Assembly: GCA_010093605.1 (NCBI GenBank)
Contig: MU004195.1
Coordinates: forward strand, 1,255,566 to 1,319,565
Source of the DNA: Lophium mytilinum
Lineage: Eukaryota
Length of the DNA: 64,000 nt
Direction: 5' to 3'
This document shows positions 1-11,705 of the stretch, one piece after another. The translations under genes were made by a program, and so were the position numbers. The notes beneath the pieces were generated by a model that was not told where the DNA came from, made no database searches, and was given only the letters and a program-made list of their open reading frames with translations. How positions within the stretch are numbered: the first letter of the stretch is position 1; each line of letters begins with the position of its first letter.

Positions 1-3000
1 ACTCATACTATCGGCCTTCACAACTGGTTCTACCTTTGCTCCCTGAGCAACAAGAACATTGTGTACAAGGGACAACTTGCACCTGTGCAAGTATATCAGT
101 ACTACTTTGACCTTGTGTCTGTGGACTACGAGGGTCACTTCGCATTGGTCCACTCACGGTTCTCGACGAATACCTTTCCGAGCTGGGACCGCGCTCAGCC
201 ACTTCGATGGGCTGCCCATAACGGCGAAATCAACACTCTCCGGGGAAACAAGAACTGGATGAGAGCTCGCGAAGGCGTGATGAAGTCAGACATCTTCGGA
301 GACGAGCTCGACTTGCTTTACCCGATCATTGAAGACGGTGGCTCCGACTCGGCGGCTTTCGATAACGTGCTGGAATTGCTCGTCATCAACGGCGTCCTTT
401 CCCTTCCCGAGGCGGTCATGCTGATGGTTCCCGAAGCCTGGCAGGGAAATCGAGCCATGGATCCGGCTAAGCAGGCCTTCTACGAGTGGGCTGGCTGTAT
501 GATGGAGCCTTGGGATGGACCTGCCCTCTTCACATTCGCCGACGGTCGATACTGTGGCGCCAATCTTGACAGAAACGGCCTGCGTCCATGTCGTTACTAC
601 ATCACAGATGATGATCGCATCGTCTGTGCCTCCGAGGTCGGTACAATCAACATTGAGCCGGAGAGGATTGTCCAGAAGGGTCGTCTTCAACCAGGACGCA
701 TGCTCCTCGTGGATACCGTGGCAGGTCGCATTGTCGATGACGCTGAATTGAAGGCAACGGTTGCAAACCGACACGACTTCAAGTCTTGGATCGAGAGCCA
801 GCTTCTGACTTTGCCCTCAATCCTGAGTCAATTGGTTGAGAATGGGACTGTTCTGTCGCAAAAGCCAACGGATACCCGTGTCCAGGAAGATCCCCGCCTC
901 CGAGCCTTCGGATACTCGCTCGAACAGGTCAGCTTGTTGCTCGGTCCCATGGCAGCAGATTCGAAAGAAGCCCTCGGATCCATGGGCAATGATGCTCCTC
1001 TTGCCTGCCTCGCCACGCAGCCCCGTCTCCTTTATGAGTACTTTCGCCAACTTTTCGCGCAAGTTACAAATCCGCCTATCGATCCCATTCGAGAGGCAAT
1101 TGTCATGTCTCTAGAAGCATACGTCGGTCCGCAAGGTAACCTCCTAGAGATGAACGAGACTCAATGCCATCGGATGCTTCTTCCATCTCCTGTTCTGTCT
1201 GTTGAAGAATTCAATGCTCTCATAAATACGCACGTCTTATACCCTGATTGGTCCGTTAAGCTCATTGACATTACATTTCCTAAAAAAGATGGCGTAAAGG
1301 GATACATGGCGGCCTTAGACCGCATTTGCGAAGCCGCCACAGAAGGCATCACAAGCGGCGACAACATCCTGGTTCTCTCAGACCGTGCCACCTCAGCAGA
1401 TCGCGTTCCGGTGTCCGCTCTCCTTGCTACTGGCATGGTGCACCATCATCTCGTGAGGAATCGGTGGCGATCTCAAGCTGCGTTGGTCGTCGAGACAGCT
1501 GAAGCTCGCGAAGTTCATCACATGTGTGTGCTTGTCGGCTATGGTGCTGATGCAATCTGCCCATACCTGGCAATGGAGTGCATTCTCAAGATGCAACGCG
1601 AGGGCCTGATCCGGAAGAAGCTGTCCCCGGAGCAGCTCATTGAAAACTACAAGCACTCATGCGACGGTGGCATCCTCAAAGTCATGAGTAAGATGGGTAT
1701 CTCGACTCTCCAGAGTTACAAAGGTGCCCAGATCTTCGAGTCCCTTGGAATCGATGACACTGTTGTTGATCGATGCTTCACCGGAACCGCAAGCCGAATC
1801 AAGGGTATGACCTTTGAGTTGATTGCTCAAGATGCCTTTGCTCTGCACGAAAAAGGATACCCATCGCGAAGCATCGTCGAAATCCCAGGCCTCGCTGAAA
1901 CCGGAGAGTACCATTGGCGTGACGGCGGAGAACCGCACGTGAATGACCCGACAGCCATTGCCAACATCCAGGATGCCGTCCGAACCAAGAATGACAAGTC
2001 TTACGAAGCATACTCCATTGCCGAGTATGAGAGAATCAAGGACTGCACTCTTCGAGGTCTGATCGACTTCAACTTCGATGAGAGGACCTCCATTCCCATC
2101 GACCAAGTTGAGCCATGGACCGAGATTGTTCGCCGCTGTGTTACAGGTGCCATGTCCTATGGATCCATCTCCATGGAGTCTCACTCCACTCTAGCTGTAG
2201 CCATGAACCGTCTCGGAGGCAAATCGAACACTGGAGAAGGAGGTGAAGATCCCGAGAGGAGTCTTCGCCTGACCAATGGTGACACAATGCGATCTGCCAT
2301 CAAGCAGGTTGCTTCTGGACGTTTCGGGGTCACCAGCAACTACCTCGCTGATTCCGACGAGTTGCAGATCAAGATGGCCCAGGGAGCGAAGCCCGGCGAA
2401 GGAGGCGAACTTCCAGGACACAAAGTTTCTGGTCCAATTGCGAAGACACGCCATTCCACTCCTGGTGTCGGTCTTATCTCACCCCCTCCCCATCACGACA
2501 TCTACTCGATTGAAGATTTGAAGCAGCTCATCTACGATCTGAAGTGCTCGAATCCTCGGGCTCGTGTGTCCGTGAAGCTTGTCTCTGAGACTGGAGTTGG
2601 TATCGTCGCATCTGGTGTCGCCAAAGCCAAGGCTGATCACATCCTCATCTCTGGACACGATGGCGGTACTGGTGCGTCCAGATGGACTGGCATCAAATAC
2701 GCTGGTCTTCCTTGGGAACTCGGTCTCGCTGAAACCCATCAAACCCTTGTGCTGAACGACCTCCGAGGACGTGTTGTCGTCCAGACTGATGGTCAACTGC
2801 GAACCGGTCGGGACGTCGCCATTGCTTGCCTGCTCGGTGCCGAAGAATGGGGCTTTGCAACTACGCCTCTGATTGCCATGGGCTGCATCATGATGCGTAA
2901 ATGTCATCTGTAAGTATTGCGGCTCCCTTGTCGACTGATCAATGCTAACGTAGTCGTTAGCAACACCTGTCCCGTCGGTATCGCCACGCAAGATCCTGAG

Positions 3001-5820
3001 CTGAGGAAGAAGTTTACCGGCACGCCTGAGCACGTTATCAACTTCTTCTACTACGTTGCCAACGAGCTGAGGGCCATTATGGCCAAGCTGGGATTCCGCA
3101 CCATCAACGACATGGTTGGACACTGTGAGGTTCTTCGCATCCGTGACGATCTGCGAACTGCGAAGACTGAGAATATCGACTTGTCTCTGATCCTGACGCC
3201 CGCTCATACTCTTCGACCAGGTGTGGCGATGTACAACGTACGCAAGCAGGACCACAGGCTCCATGTCCGTTTGGACAACAAGCTCATTGCCGAGGCCGAA
3301 CTCGCTCTTGAGAAGGGAATCCCGGTCCGCGTTGAGTGCGACATCGTCAACACGGACCGATCCCTTGGTACCACTTTGTCATACCAGATTAGCAGACGCT
3401 ACGGCGAAGCCGGGTTGCCTCAGGACACCATCCACGTGAACGTCCGCGGGTCCGCAGGTCAATCCTTTGGCGCGTTCCTGGCTCCGGGAGTGACACTTGA
3501 GCTCGAAGGGGATTCCAACGACTACGTCGGAAAAGGTCTTTCGGGAGGACGTCTTATCGTTTACCCACCACGCAATTCAGTCTTCAAAGCCGAGGAGAAC
3601 ATCCTCATCGGGAATGTGTGCCTCTATGGTGCTACCAGCGGCGCTGCCTACTTCAGAGGTGTTGCTGCCGAACGCTTCGCCGTCCGCAACTCCGGTGTGA
3701 TCACTGTCGTCGAGGGTGTCGGAGACCACTGCTGTGAGTACATGACTGGTGGTCGTGTCGTCGTCCTCGGCTCAACCGGTCGTAACTTCGCCGCGGGTAT
3801 GTCCGGAGGAATCGCCTACGTTCTTGATATGCATCATGACTTCGAGGGGAAGGTCAACCAGGAGATGGTAGAGCTGTCCGGTATCGACGATCCGCAAGAG
3901 ATCGCATCTGTGCGTGGCATGATCGAGGATCATCACCACTATACCGGGTCTGAGCTCGCTGCTCGCATCCTGCTCGACTTCAACCGTGCTCTTCCTCGTT
4001 TCGTGAAGGTCATGCCTACCGATTACAAGCGTGTTCTTCTTGAAGAGCAGGCGAAAGAAGCAGAAGCGAAGAAGAAGGAATACCCGCTGCCGATCCTTCC
4101 AGGAAACCCGGTGCGACAGGCTCATGAAGAGTCCAACAAGGCTGAGCATGAGCACGAGGCTAAGGAAAAGAAGAAGGCAGACCTTCTCGACATTGAGGAG
4201 AGCGTTAGTGATGCGAAAGCGGAGAAGAAGAAGTCGGCCTTGGTCCTTGACAAGACTAAGGGATTTATGAAGTACCAACGACGGTCGGAGAAGTACCGCA
4301 ACCCAAAGACCCGGACGCGCGACTGGAACGAGCTGTCCACGCGCCTCAACGAGGACGAAGTCAAGTATCAGACTGCTAGATGCATGGACTGCGGTGTGCC
4401 ATTCTGCCAGTCCGACTCAGGTTGCCCTATCAGCAACATCATCCCGAAGTGGAACGAGCTTGTCTTCCAGAACCAGTGGAAGGACGCGCTGAACCGCCTG
4501 CTCATGACCAATAACTTCCCTGAGTTCACTGGTCGTGTGTGCCCCGCTCCGTGCGAGGGCGCTTGTGTCCTTGGTATCAATGAGGATCCTGTCGGTATCA
4601 AGTCGATCGAGTGCGCAATCATCGACCGCGGCTTCGAGATGGGCTGGATGGTCCCTTCGCCGCCGAAGTATCGCAGCGGCAAGAAGGTCGCGATCATTGG
4701 TTCCGGTCCGTCAGGTCTTGCTGCTGCTGATCAGTTGAACAAAGCTGGTCACTCCGTCACCGTCTACGAGCGCTCTGATCGCGTCGGCGGTCTCCTGATG
4801 TACGGTATTCCGAACATGAAGCTCGACAAGAAGGTAGTGCAGCGCCGCGTTGACTTCCTCGCAAGCGAAGGAGTCAAGTTCGTTACTTCCGTGTTCGTGG
4901 GCCAGGAGGGGCAGCCTAGTTTGGAGTCGCTTCGAGCTGAGAGCGACGCGGTCATCGTCGCTACTGGAGCAACCGTTGCGCGCGACCTTCCTCTCCCGAA
5001 CCGCAACCTCGAAGGAATCCACTTTGCTATGCAATTCCTGAGCAAGAACACCAAGTCGCTCCTCGATTCCAACCTCGAAGATGGATCGTATTTATCAGCA
5101 AAGGGCCGAAACGTGGTCGTCATCGGCGGCGGAGATACAGGAAATGATTGCATCGGAACTTCCCTGCGACATGGAGCGACCTCAATCACAAACTTCGAAC
5201 TCCTCCCCCAGCCAGAACCCAAGCGCGCGCGCGACAACCCCTGGCCGCAGTGGCCCCGTATCTACCGCGTCGACTACGGCCACGCCGAAGTCAAAACTCA
5301 CATGGGCAAAGATCCGCGCGAGTACTGTGTCATGTCTACCGACTTCGTGGACGACGGGGCGGGCCACGTCAAAGGCATCAACACAATCTCCGTCGAATGG
5401 ACCCGAAAAGCCAACGGCGGGTGGGACATGAAGAAGCTCGACGGCAGCGAACGCTTCTTCCCGGCTGAGCTCGTCCTGCTGTCTATGGGGTTCCTAGGTC
5501 CGGAAGAACTGGTCTTGGGAGATATCGAGAAGGACGCGCGCTCCAATATCAAGACCCCGCCTGGCAAGTACAGCACCAGCATTCCGGGAGTGTTTGCGGC
5601 CGGAGATTGTCGCCGCGGACAGTCACTCATCGTCTGGTAAGTCACGCAACGTCCACGCTTTGTTGCTTTTCACTAACAAATGTCACGCAGGGGGATCAAC
5701 GAGGGCCGTCAATGCGCACGAGAGGTGGATTCTTTCCTAAGCGGTGTTGGTAGTATGCTTCCAGTCACTGGAGGCATCGTCAAGAGTGCTCCTTATGTTG
5801 CTCTTTCTGGCGAGAATTAG
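1..5820 (+). CDS. GLT1: NADH-dependent glutamate synthase (fused alpha/beta GOGAT), 5' end outside window
   Basis: Frame open from base 1 ([24 protein letters not shown]). Motifs [71 protein letters not shown] introns 2910-2960 and 5637-5690; last exon ends ...GEN* at 5820. Confidence 0.97.
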
Positions 5821-6020
5821 GCAGTTACTCATGGTGGAAAAGGTGCTGGGAGTGACGGAAAGCGTGGTTACTAATGATGGTCTTCCAAACAAACAGTAGT
5901 TAGTTTAGCACAAGTAACCACAGAGCGTGATATTCAGGCAGGCCTGGGGGCGTCAGGCGTCGGGGGGTTAGGCGTATGTACGATTAATCAAAAGCATAAG
6001 TTCTTACATTTGTGCCTTCG

Positions 6021-6247
6021 AAATGGTGACATTACTCCCCAAAGTAGCCACGTGGTGTGGTACTCTTACTTGTATATGTAACTTAGAAATGGTAGTATTG
6101 CTACTAAAAGTAACTACGTGGTGTAGTACTTTTACTTGTATATGCAACTAAGAGATGGTAATATTACTTACAGAAGCAACTACGCGATAGTCCTTGTACT
6201 TGTATTTATAACTAAGAAAAGGTAATATTACTTGTAAAAGCAACCAC
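6021..6247. repeat. Tandem minisatellite, ~66-bp AT-rich unit, ~3.5 diverged copies
   Basis: Units start at 6021, 6087, 6153, 6217; approximate consensus AAATGGTARTATTACT..AAAGYAACYACGTGGTGTRGTACTYTTACTTGTATATGYAACTWAG. Confidence 0.85.
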
Positions 6248-6317
6248 CCGTCGTCCGCTTTAAGCACCGAATGCGTGCCCACTTAGGGGTCCCTCTGCGT
6301 AGTTCCTTCAGGCGTAC

Positions 6318-6759
6318 TTGCAACTGTTTTCCAAACACTTCGAATCGTATATTCTCGTGGTTTCGTTTTGGGGGGTTGGATACGAGTTCGGGCGCCCCAG
6401 GAGGTTGCGGTGTTTGGAAAAGAAGGATGTCATTTCCGGACGCACTGAATTGGATGGGTGGAAATGACATGCCGATTCGTAAATTTTTTGGAGGTGGCTG
6501 TAAATTGGACATTGTCGTGTCTTCGGTTTAGGGGGGTGTGATACGGCTTCGGGCGCCCCAGGACGTTGTAGAGTTTTGAAAAGGAGGATGTCATTTCCGG
6601 ACGTGCTGAATTGGGTGGGTGGAAATGACATCCCGATTTGCGATTGTTTTGGAGACCGTTGCAAATTGGATATTATTATGTCTTCCTTTTGGGGGGTGTG
6701 ATACGTCTCCAGGCGCCTCACGCGGGTGCGAGATTTGAAAAAACACGATGTCAAGTTCC
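6318..6759. repeat. Tandem repeat, ~161-bp unit, ~2.7 copies, with an internal inverted repeat in each full copy
   Basis: ATGTCATTTCCGGACG at 6427 and 6588, degenerate copy near 6748; a GGGGGG.G.GATACG block occurs three times. Inverted repeats: ATGTCATTTCC-N22-GGAAATGACAT (6427-6470) and GGATGTCATTTCC-N22-GGAAATGACATCC (6586-6633). Confidence 0.85.
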
Positions 6760-6828
6760 ATACAGTCTGAATTAGACGCTCACACCAACATACCCAAAAA
6801 AACGCCCAAAGCGCACCCTCTCAACGCC

Positions 6829-9649
6829 CTAATCCAACTCCTCGTCCGCATCCAAGCCGACCAGCCTCCGCTCCGCCAACTCCCGAATCTTCTCAGCCAA
6901 AACATCACGCTGGTATTTCCGCGCCAGCTTCTCCGCCGCGGTCAACATGTTCCCATTCGGGTCCTTCAGGAGCCCAACAATTTCCAAGGCTTTCATACCG
7001 CGCTCCTCCCCCGCGAGGCACTCGAGTTGCAGGAGCTGGAGGAGTGCTTTGTTGACATCGGATTCGCGAAGTGCGAGAGCGTGGCGTTGATCAGACGTTG
7101 TACGGGTAACGGAGAACGTATCTGTTTGTTGTGCCAGCAGGACAGAGTTCCGGACAAAGCGTTCTTCGATTTCCAGCTGTTTGTTTGAGGCTTCTTCTGT
7201 GTCATCATCCATTTCTGTGTCCACGTCGCCTTTTCCTTTCTTGGACGGGCGCGGCCCCGAGAGCGGAATCTGGAATTCGAAGTCTGTGAGGATCGAGCGG
7301 GGGAAGTAAGGATGCTTGTCGGCGCCTTTGAGAATTACACAGTAGAATTTGTTGCCTGCAACTGCAACTGGCCAGTAAGATTCGGTCTTCGTGCCCGCGG
7401 CCAGACGGGAGAGTTGGCGCGTATCCAAGAGCGGTGTCCAGCGTGCCTGGGACGGTGTTCGCCAGTGAAGGAGTGTGAGGAGAACGCCAGTGGAGTCATA
7501 TATATACGGGTCCTACGCGGGACGTGTCAGTCTAGAGCTTCACAGGATGTATCGGTTACACTTACGCCATTGTCAGAAAAAAATACGCTTTGGAGACTGG
7601 CCCCTGGGGCTAGTGCCACAACGTCTTCACTCTGGCATACTTCATCGCGTTTGATATTTTCGATAGTGTAAAGAAGGCGACATATGCCGTCTCCTCCAAT
7701 AGGTCCATTTCCTATCGTCATAACGTAGTCGCGCCACGCAGCACACGTTACGGTCGGCGAGCTTTTCTGTCGATATACCCGAACTGGAACTCCAAAAAGC
7801 GTAAAGATACGGACATAGTTCGAGGACGTAGTCACAACTGCGTAGGATTCGCTTAGCGCGATGGCGCTGACCTCTTCGCCAGCAGGTAGCTCGGTACGCC
7901 ATTCGGTTCGTGTCGTCCAGGTCTCATGGGGCCTGTAAAAGATCATTGCTGGGCTCGCACCGTTAGGCTGACTTGAAAAAAGTGCGCCGTTATCGTTGAG
8001 ACAGGCCTTGTCGTACAGGTAGGGGTCTGTGAAGTGAAAGTCGCGATGAGCTTCCCGGTCATAGAACTCCACGGTGACCGTGTGATGAGTCTCCTGGCTG
8101 ACTGTCCAAGCGAAACCCGTTAGATTCAGACACAGATACCGTCGATTACCTTGCCACGGTGTACTTCCGGGCTGAAACGATGGATGGACTTCAGGCTCGA
8201 AGGAGTGTGAAGCAGGAACTCTGCGTTTCGTTGCGCCGTTAAGGGCATCGAGATGGCCGTTCGTTCGTTTTCCATGGCCATTGAGCACCTCATCTGCGTA
8301 ACCCGCACCATCGTCATCTACAACGAAGCCATCGTCTTCGGCGTCGGACATGCCATCGAGCATGTCATCCAGAGAATCGGGTGTGCCCGCTCGGGCTCCT
8401 CGCATTGCCAATTTCTCCGGGCCATTGTTCAAATTGCGTACTCCGTTAGCTCCATTTTCGGCAAGAGGGTCATGAAGAAAAGGAGCTGGTTGGAGACCCT
8501 GTCGAAGTAGGGCAACGTGTTCTTCAGGAACAAAGTCAGGACGAATAAAAAGCTGGCCCTCTCCATTCGTGTACGAAATAGTGTTTTCCGTTGGATGCCA
8601 TGCGACTGCAAGGACTGTTTCTCGAATGTCATCATAAGTTTTGATCACCTTTAGCGATTTTGCATCCCATAAGTAAAGCTTTCGATCCGTAGCGGTAGTG
8701 ACTAGAAATGCGCCATTGGGCGACCAGGCTGCAGTTGTTATGTCGCCAATGTGATCAGTCTTGAAAGTCTTCTGTCGGTGCCAATCTAGGCGCGACATCA
8801 CTTGTATTTCTGCGCAAACTGTCAGCATAATGCTCCTCTCTGTTGTAAAGCATGCTCCTACCCCTGGTTGGTGTTGGTGTTGCGAACGCTCGCCCGTCGG
8901 GATGCCATAGCACCTTGGAGCTCGCTTCAGAAGCCGAACCCATACTCCTAATCATGCCGTCCACTCTCTTTATCAATTGAGGCTCGTTAGTGCTCATCGA
9001 ATACACGTAGATCTGGCCGTCGGTGCAGGATACGGCAAGGTAGGTTCCGCTATTGTCGAAGGCTACATGCTTGACGGCCTTCGGTTGCTCTTGAAGCCGA
9101 AATACTCGGGTCATGTCTTCCGTGTTCACGACTTTAACAACAAGCTCGCTATGATCAATTAGTACTTTGTAAGAAAGAGGGAACAATATCATACTCGCTG
9201 GCAACAGCCACCCAATTTCCATCTGGAGATAGCGCAACATCTCGAACAGGCAATGTACTCCGTACCAGTATTGTTTCGAGTGAATTGGTCTCCAAAGAGT
9301 ACTTGCATACCGTCCCATCCTCGGAGCCAGCAATGAAGAAGGTATTCTACGTCGTGTGATCAGCCTATTTCCAAATTATAATCCTGCAACACGTACACTT
9401 GCAACTACAGAAGTGTTATCTGGCATGCAGTCGTCAATGTTTATGGGTTCCGCATCCGATCCGCTGGTAAAAACGCGTATTGGGTTGCTCGCTCCAGCGG
9501 TAATCAGTTTCTTGCCGTCCGGTGTGTAGCATAGAACGGTCGTGCCGGGAGTATCTTTCGAACAATTAGCGCAGGTTTTTCGCATTATCTTAACCAATTG
9601 GGGAATACATACGCGCCTGGCGGGGCTGGACCCGCTGTTGAATAGACAT
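6829..9649 (-). CDS. CTF4: Ctf4/Mcl1/SepB replisome hub protein (WD40 + SepB domain)
   Basis: Multi-exon. N-terminal WD40 repeats (TPGTTVLCYTPDG, WHPDGRAFA, WSPNGAFL); SepB domain HPSFQPGSTPW..RRYLCLNLTG, TVEFYDR..HRDFHFTD; C-terminal helical domain. ATG at 9649. Confidence 0.93.
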
Positions 9650-9697
9650 TGTGGGCAGCAGAGAGTGGTGATGGGTTGTACGTTGCTTTGCGGGTTG

Positions 9698-9721
9698 ACG
9701 CGCTGGAGTTTGGCAACGCGT
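9698..9721. promoter_or_regulatory. MCB (MluI cell-cycle box) elements upstream of CTF4
   Basis: ACGCGT at 9716-9721 and ACGCG at 9698-9702, 50-70 bp upstream of the ATG of a replication gene; consistent with MBF-type G1/S control. Confidence 0.55.
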
Positions 9722-10121
9722 AAAGTGTTTGACTGGTTTGCATTGAATGGTCTTGGCGCTATTTTTCACCGCCACATCGACGTGGCAGTGTGGCTCTACC
9801 TTCAGCTGGCAGCCTGCAGGTGCGGACCGGGGTCCATCAACCCTCCATTGCTTTCACTTTCCACTCTAGTCAACTCATAACCATTAAGCACCTCATTCAC
9901 GATCATCACAATCACTAACAATCTACTTTTACCTTGACCTTGATGCACGATGGAACAAACAGGGAAAGCAAAATACCTGGCTCACGCATTAGGTGAAGGC
10001 ATTACCGGACTTGTGAATCTGGCTTCTCATTGGCAGGTAGGATTATTTCCCAGTTTGATGAAAGATAGTTGTCTTACGTTGAAAGATCTCTCTTCCCGAC
10101 GACAAGGTCCCCTGCCCTTTG

Positions 10122-10862
10122 ATGGACAACCCATTTCCGTTCTTAGATCTGCCACTGGACATTCGGGTGATTATCTATTCATATGTCTTATCCTGGCCAA
10201 CTCTGACTCGGAATTTCTCTCGACTCGGTTCGTTAGAGAGCATTTTGCTCAATGCTCGCAAACCACTATCTAGTACGGATCGAGAGAAGGCTCGCGTCAA
10301 GCCCAGACTTGTAACTCCAGCCATATTCCTTGTCAATCGCCAAATCAAGGATGAAGCCATGGGTGAGCTTGCTAGGATGCCAATAGTCATAGACAGCCCA
10401 CCTCTCTGTGTAGCTCTGACCAACCGGCCTTTCGAAATTACCGAGTTCATCTCAGCTCCACTGCTAAAGAGCTGCCGCCGAGTGCTACTTACTATAAATA
10501 CCGACCTGACGCCGGGCGACGGCCTTCTACTCTACCGCAGCGACCTCACATACTGGAAACCCTGGGAGCAATGCCTCTCGGCCCTATTCCTAGATGTCTG
10601 GGCACCCGGTACCCACGATCTACAACTTCTGGATGTCGAGATCGGAGGCGTATGGTCCGCTAAGCCATTCCAGGATCGAGAGATCAAACAAGTCAGCAAG
10701 AAGAAACGATCGCCGCATCTCCGGAGCAAATGCTATCGTCAGAGTGTTCTTCAGCAGATGCGATTCGGCCTGAGGTCACTGGGTCCGGGTGTCAAAGTGA
10801 CAGTTCGGGATCCGAATGGATTGGATATTAAACATCTGCTAACTCGCGCTTCTCGAACATAA
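10122..10862 (+). CDS. Hypothetical protein with N-terminal F-box-like motif
   Basis: Intronless 246-aa ORF starting MDNPFPFLDLPLDIRVIIYSYVL, with a later PAIFLVNRQIKDEA segment typical of expanded fungal F-box-like families. Confidence 0.7.
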   Translation: MDNPFPFLDLPLDIRVIIYSYVLSWPTLTRNFSRLGSLESILLNARKPLSSTDREKARVKPRLVTPAIFLVNRQIKDEAMGELARMPIVIDSPPLCVALTNRPFEITEFISAPLLKSCRRVLLTINTDLTPGDGLLLYRSDLTYWKPWEQCLSALFLDVWAPGTHDLQLLDVEIGGVWSAKPFQDREIKQVSKKKRSPHLRSKCYRQSVLQQMRFGLRSLGPGVKVTVRDPNGLDIKHLLTRASRT

Positions 10863-11114
10863 AAGCAATTCGTTTTTCCCAGATTCGGTAATCGAGGTTC
10901 TTAACTGCGTTGGCATTGGTGTTTAAGAGTACCGATATACCCACGAGGATTTTTGAGAATTGGACCACATCAACGGAATCATCATTTCTTTCCATCGGAC
11001 GAGTACACAGCTATTAACGTCTCACCTTTAATTCTGATTTTGAAATTCCGTGTATGCGATGATTCATAGTGCTTTTGGCGTCTTCCTCCTTCAAACCCCT
11101 GGTTTCTTCACACA

Positions 11115-11705
11115 TTACAAAAATGGCAGTGTCTCAATCCCCCTGGGTCCATTCTCTACTCTCTTCATGATACTCTCGTGGCTTTCTCCAGCATTCAATC
11201 TGCTACAAAGATCCTCTGGATCGAAGTCTGTCCCAAAAGGATTTCCTCCAAACAACGGCCCCGCCATGAACTCGTTCGCCTCTTCAACCGTATTAAAGTT
11301 GTCCGTCTGTGTCTCGAGCATATTCCCATCTGGATCACGGTAAAAGATGCTGGTCGTTGGCCCGTGGTTCACGCTCCAGATGGGCAATATCCCTATTTCC
11401 TTTCGCTGTCGATACGTCAGGGCCAGATCGTCGAGAGTATCGAATGAGAAAGCAAGATGTTCGAGTCCACAGGATGCGTGACTTTTTGGTGCGGTGCCGG
11501 GGATGTAGCCGATTGCTACGCGGTGATGCTCATTGTCGTATGTGAGGAATGAGAGCGTATTAGTCTCGTAGCTAGCGTGTGCACCGAGGAAGTCTTTGTA
11601 GAACTAAACCATTGGGGCGAAATTTGAGGTACGGAGGACCACATGAGCCAGTGCGGAAGGCGACTTCACTATGGGGCTGTATGTGGAGGGACCGTTGATG
11701 ACCAT
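11115..11705 (-). pseudogene. VOC/glyoxalase-superfamily protein (single-domain BphC-like extradiol dioxygenase type) with one in-frame TAG at codon 34
   Basis: Continuous 197-codon frame: ...LAHVVLRTSNFAPMV*FYKDFLGAHASYETNTLSFLTYDNEHHRVAI...GLEHLAFSF...NHGPTTSIFYRDPDGNMLETQ. TAG at 11606-11604; no intron can skip it. Confidence 0.8.

Noticed and set aside
6021..6759. CRISPR-like interpretation of the repeats, and the ORFs at 6228-6754
   Set aside because: Eukaryotic context, whole units repeated with no unique spacers and no cas genes; the ORFs are translations of the repeat.
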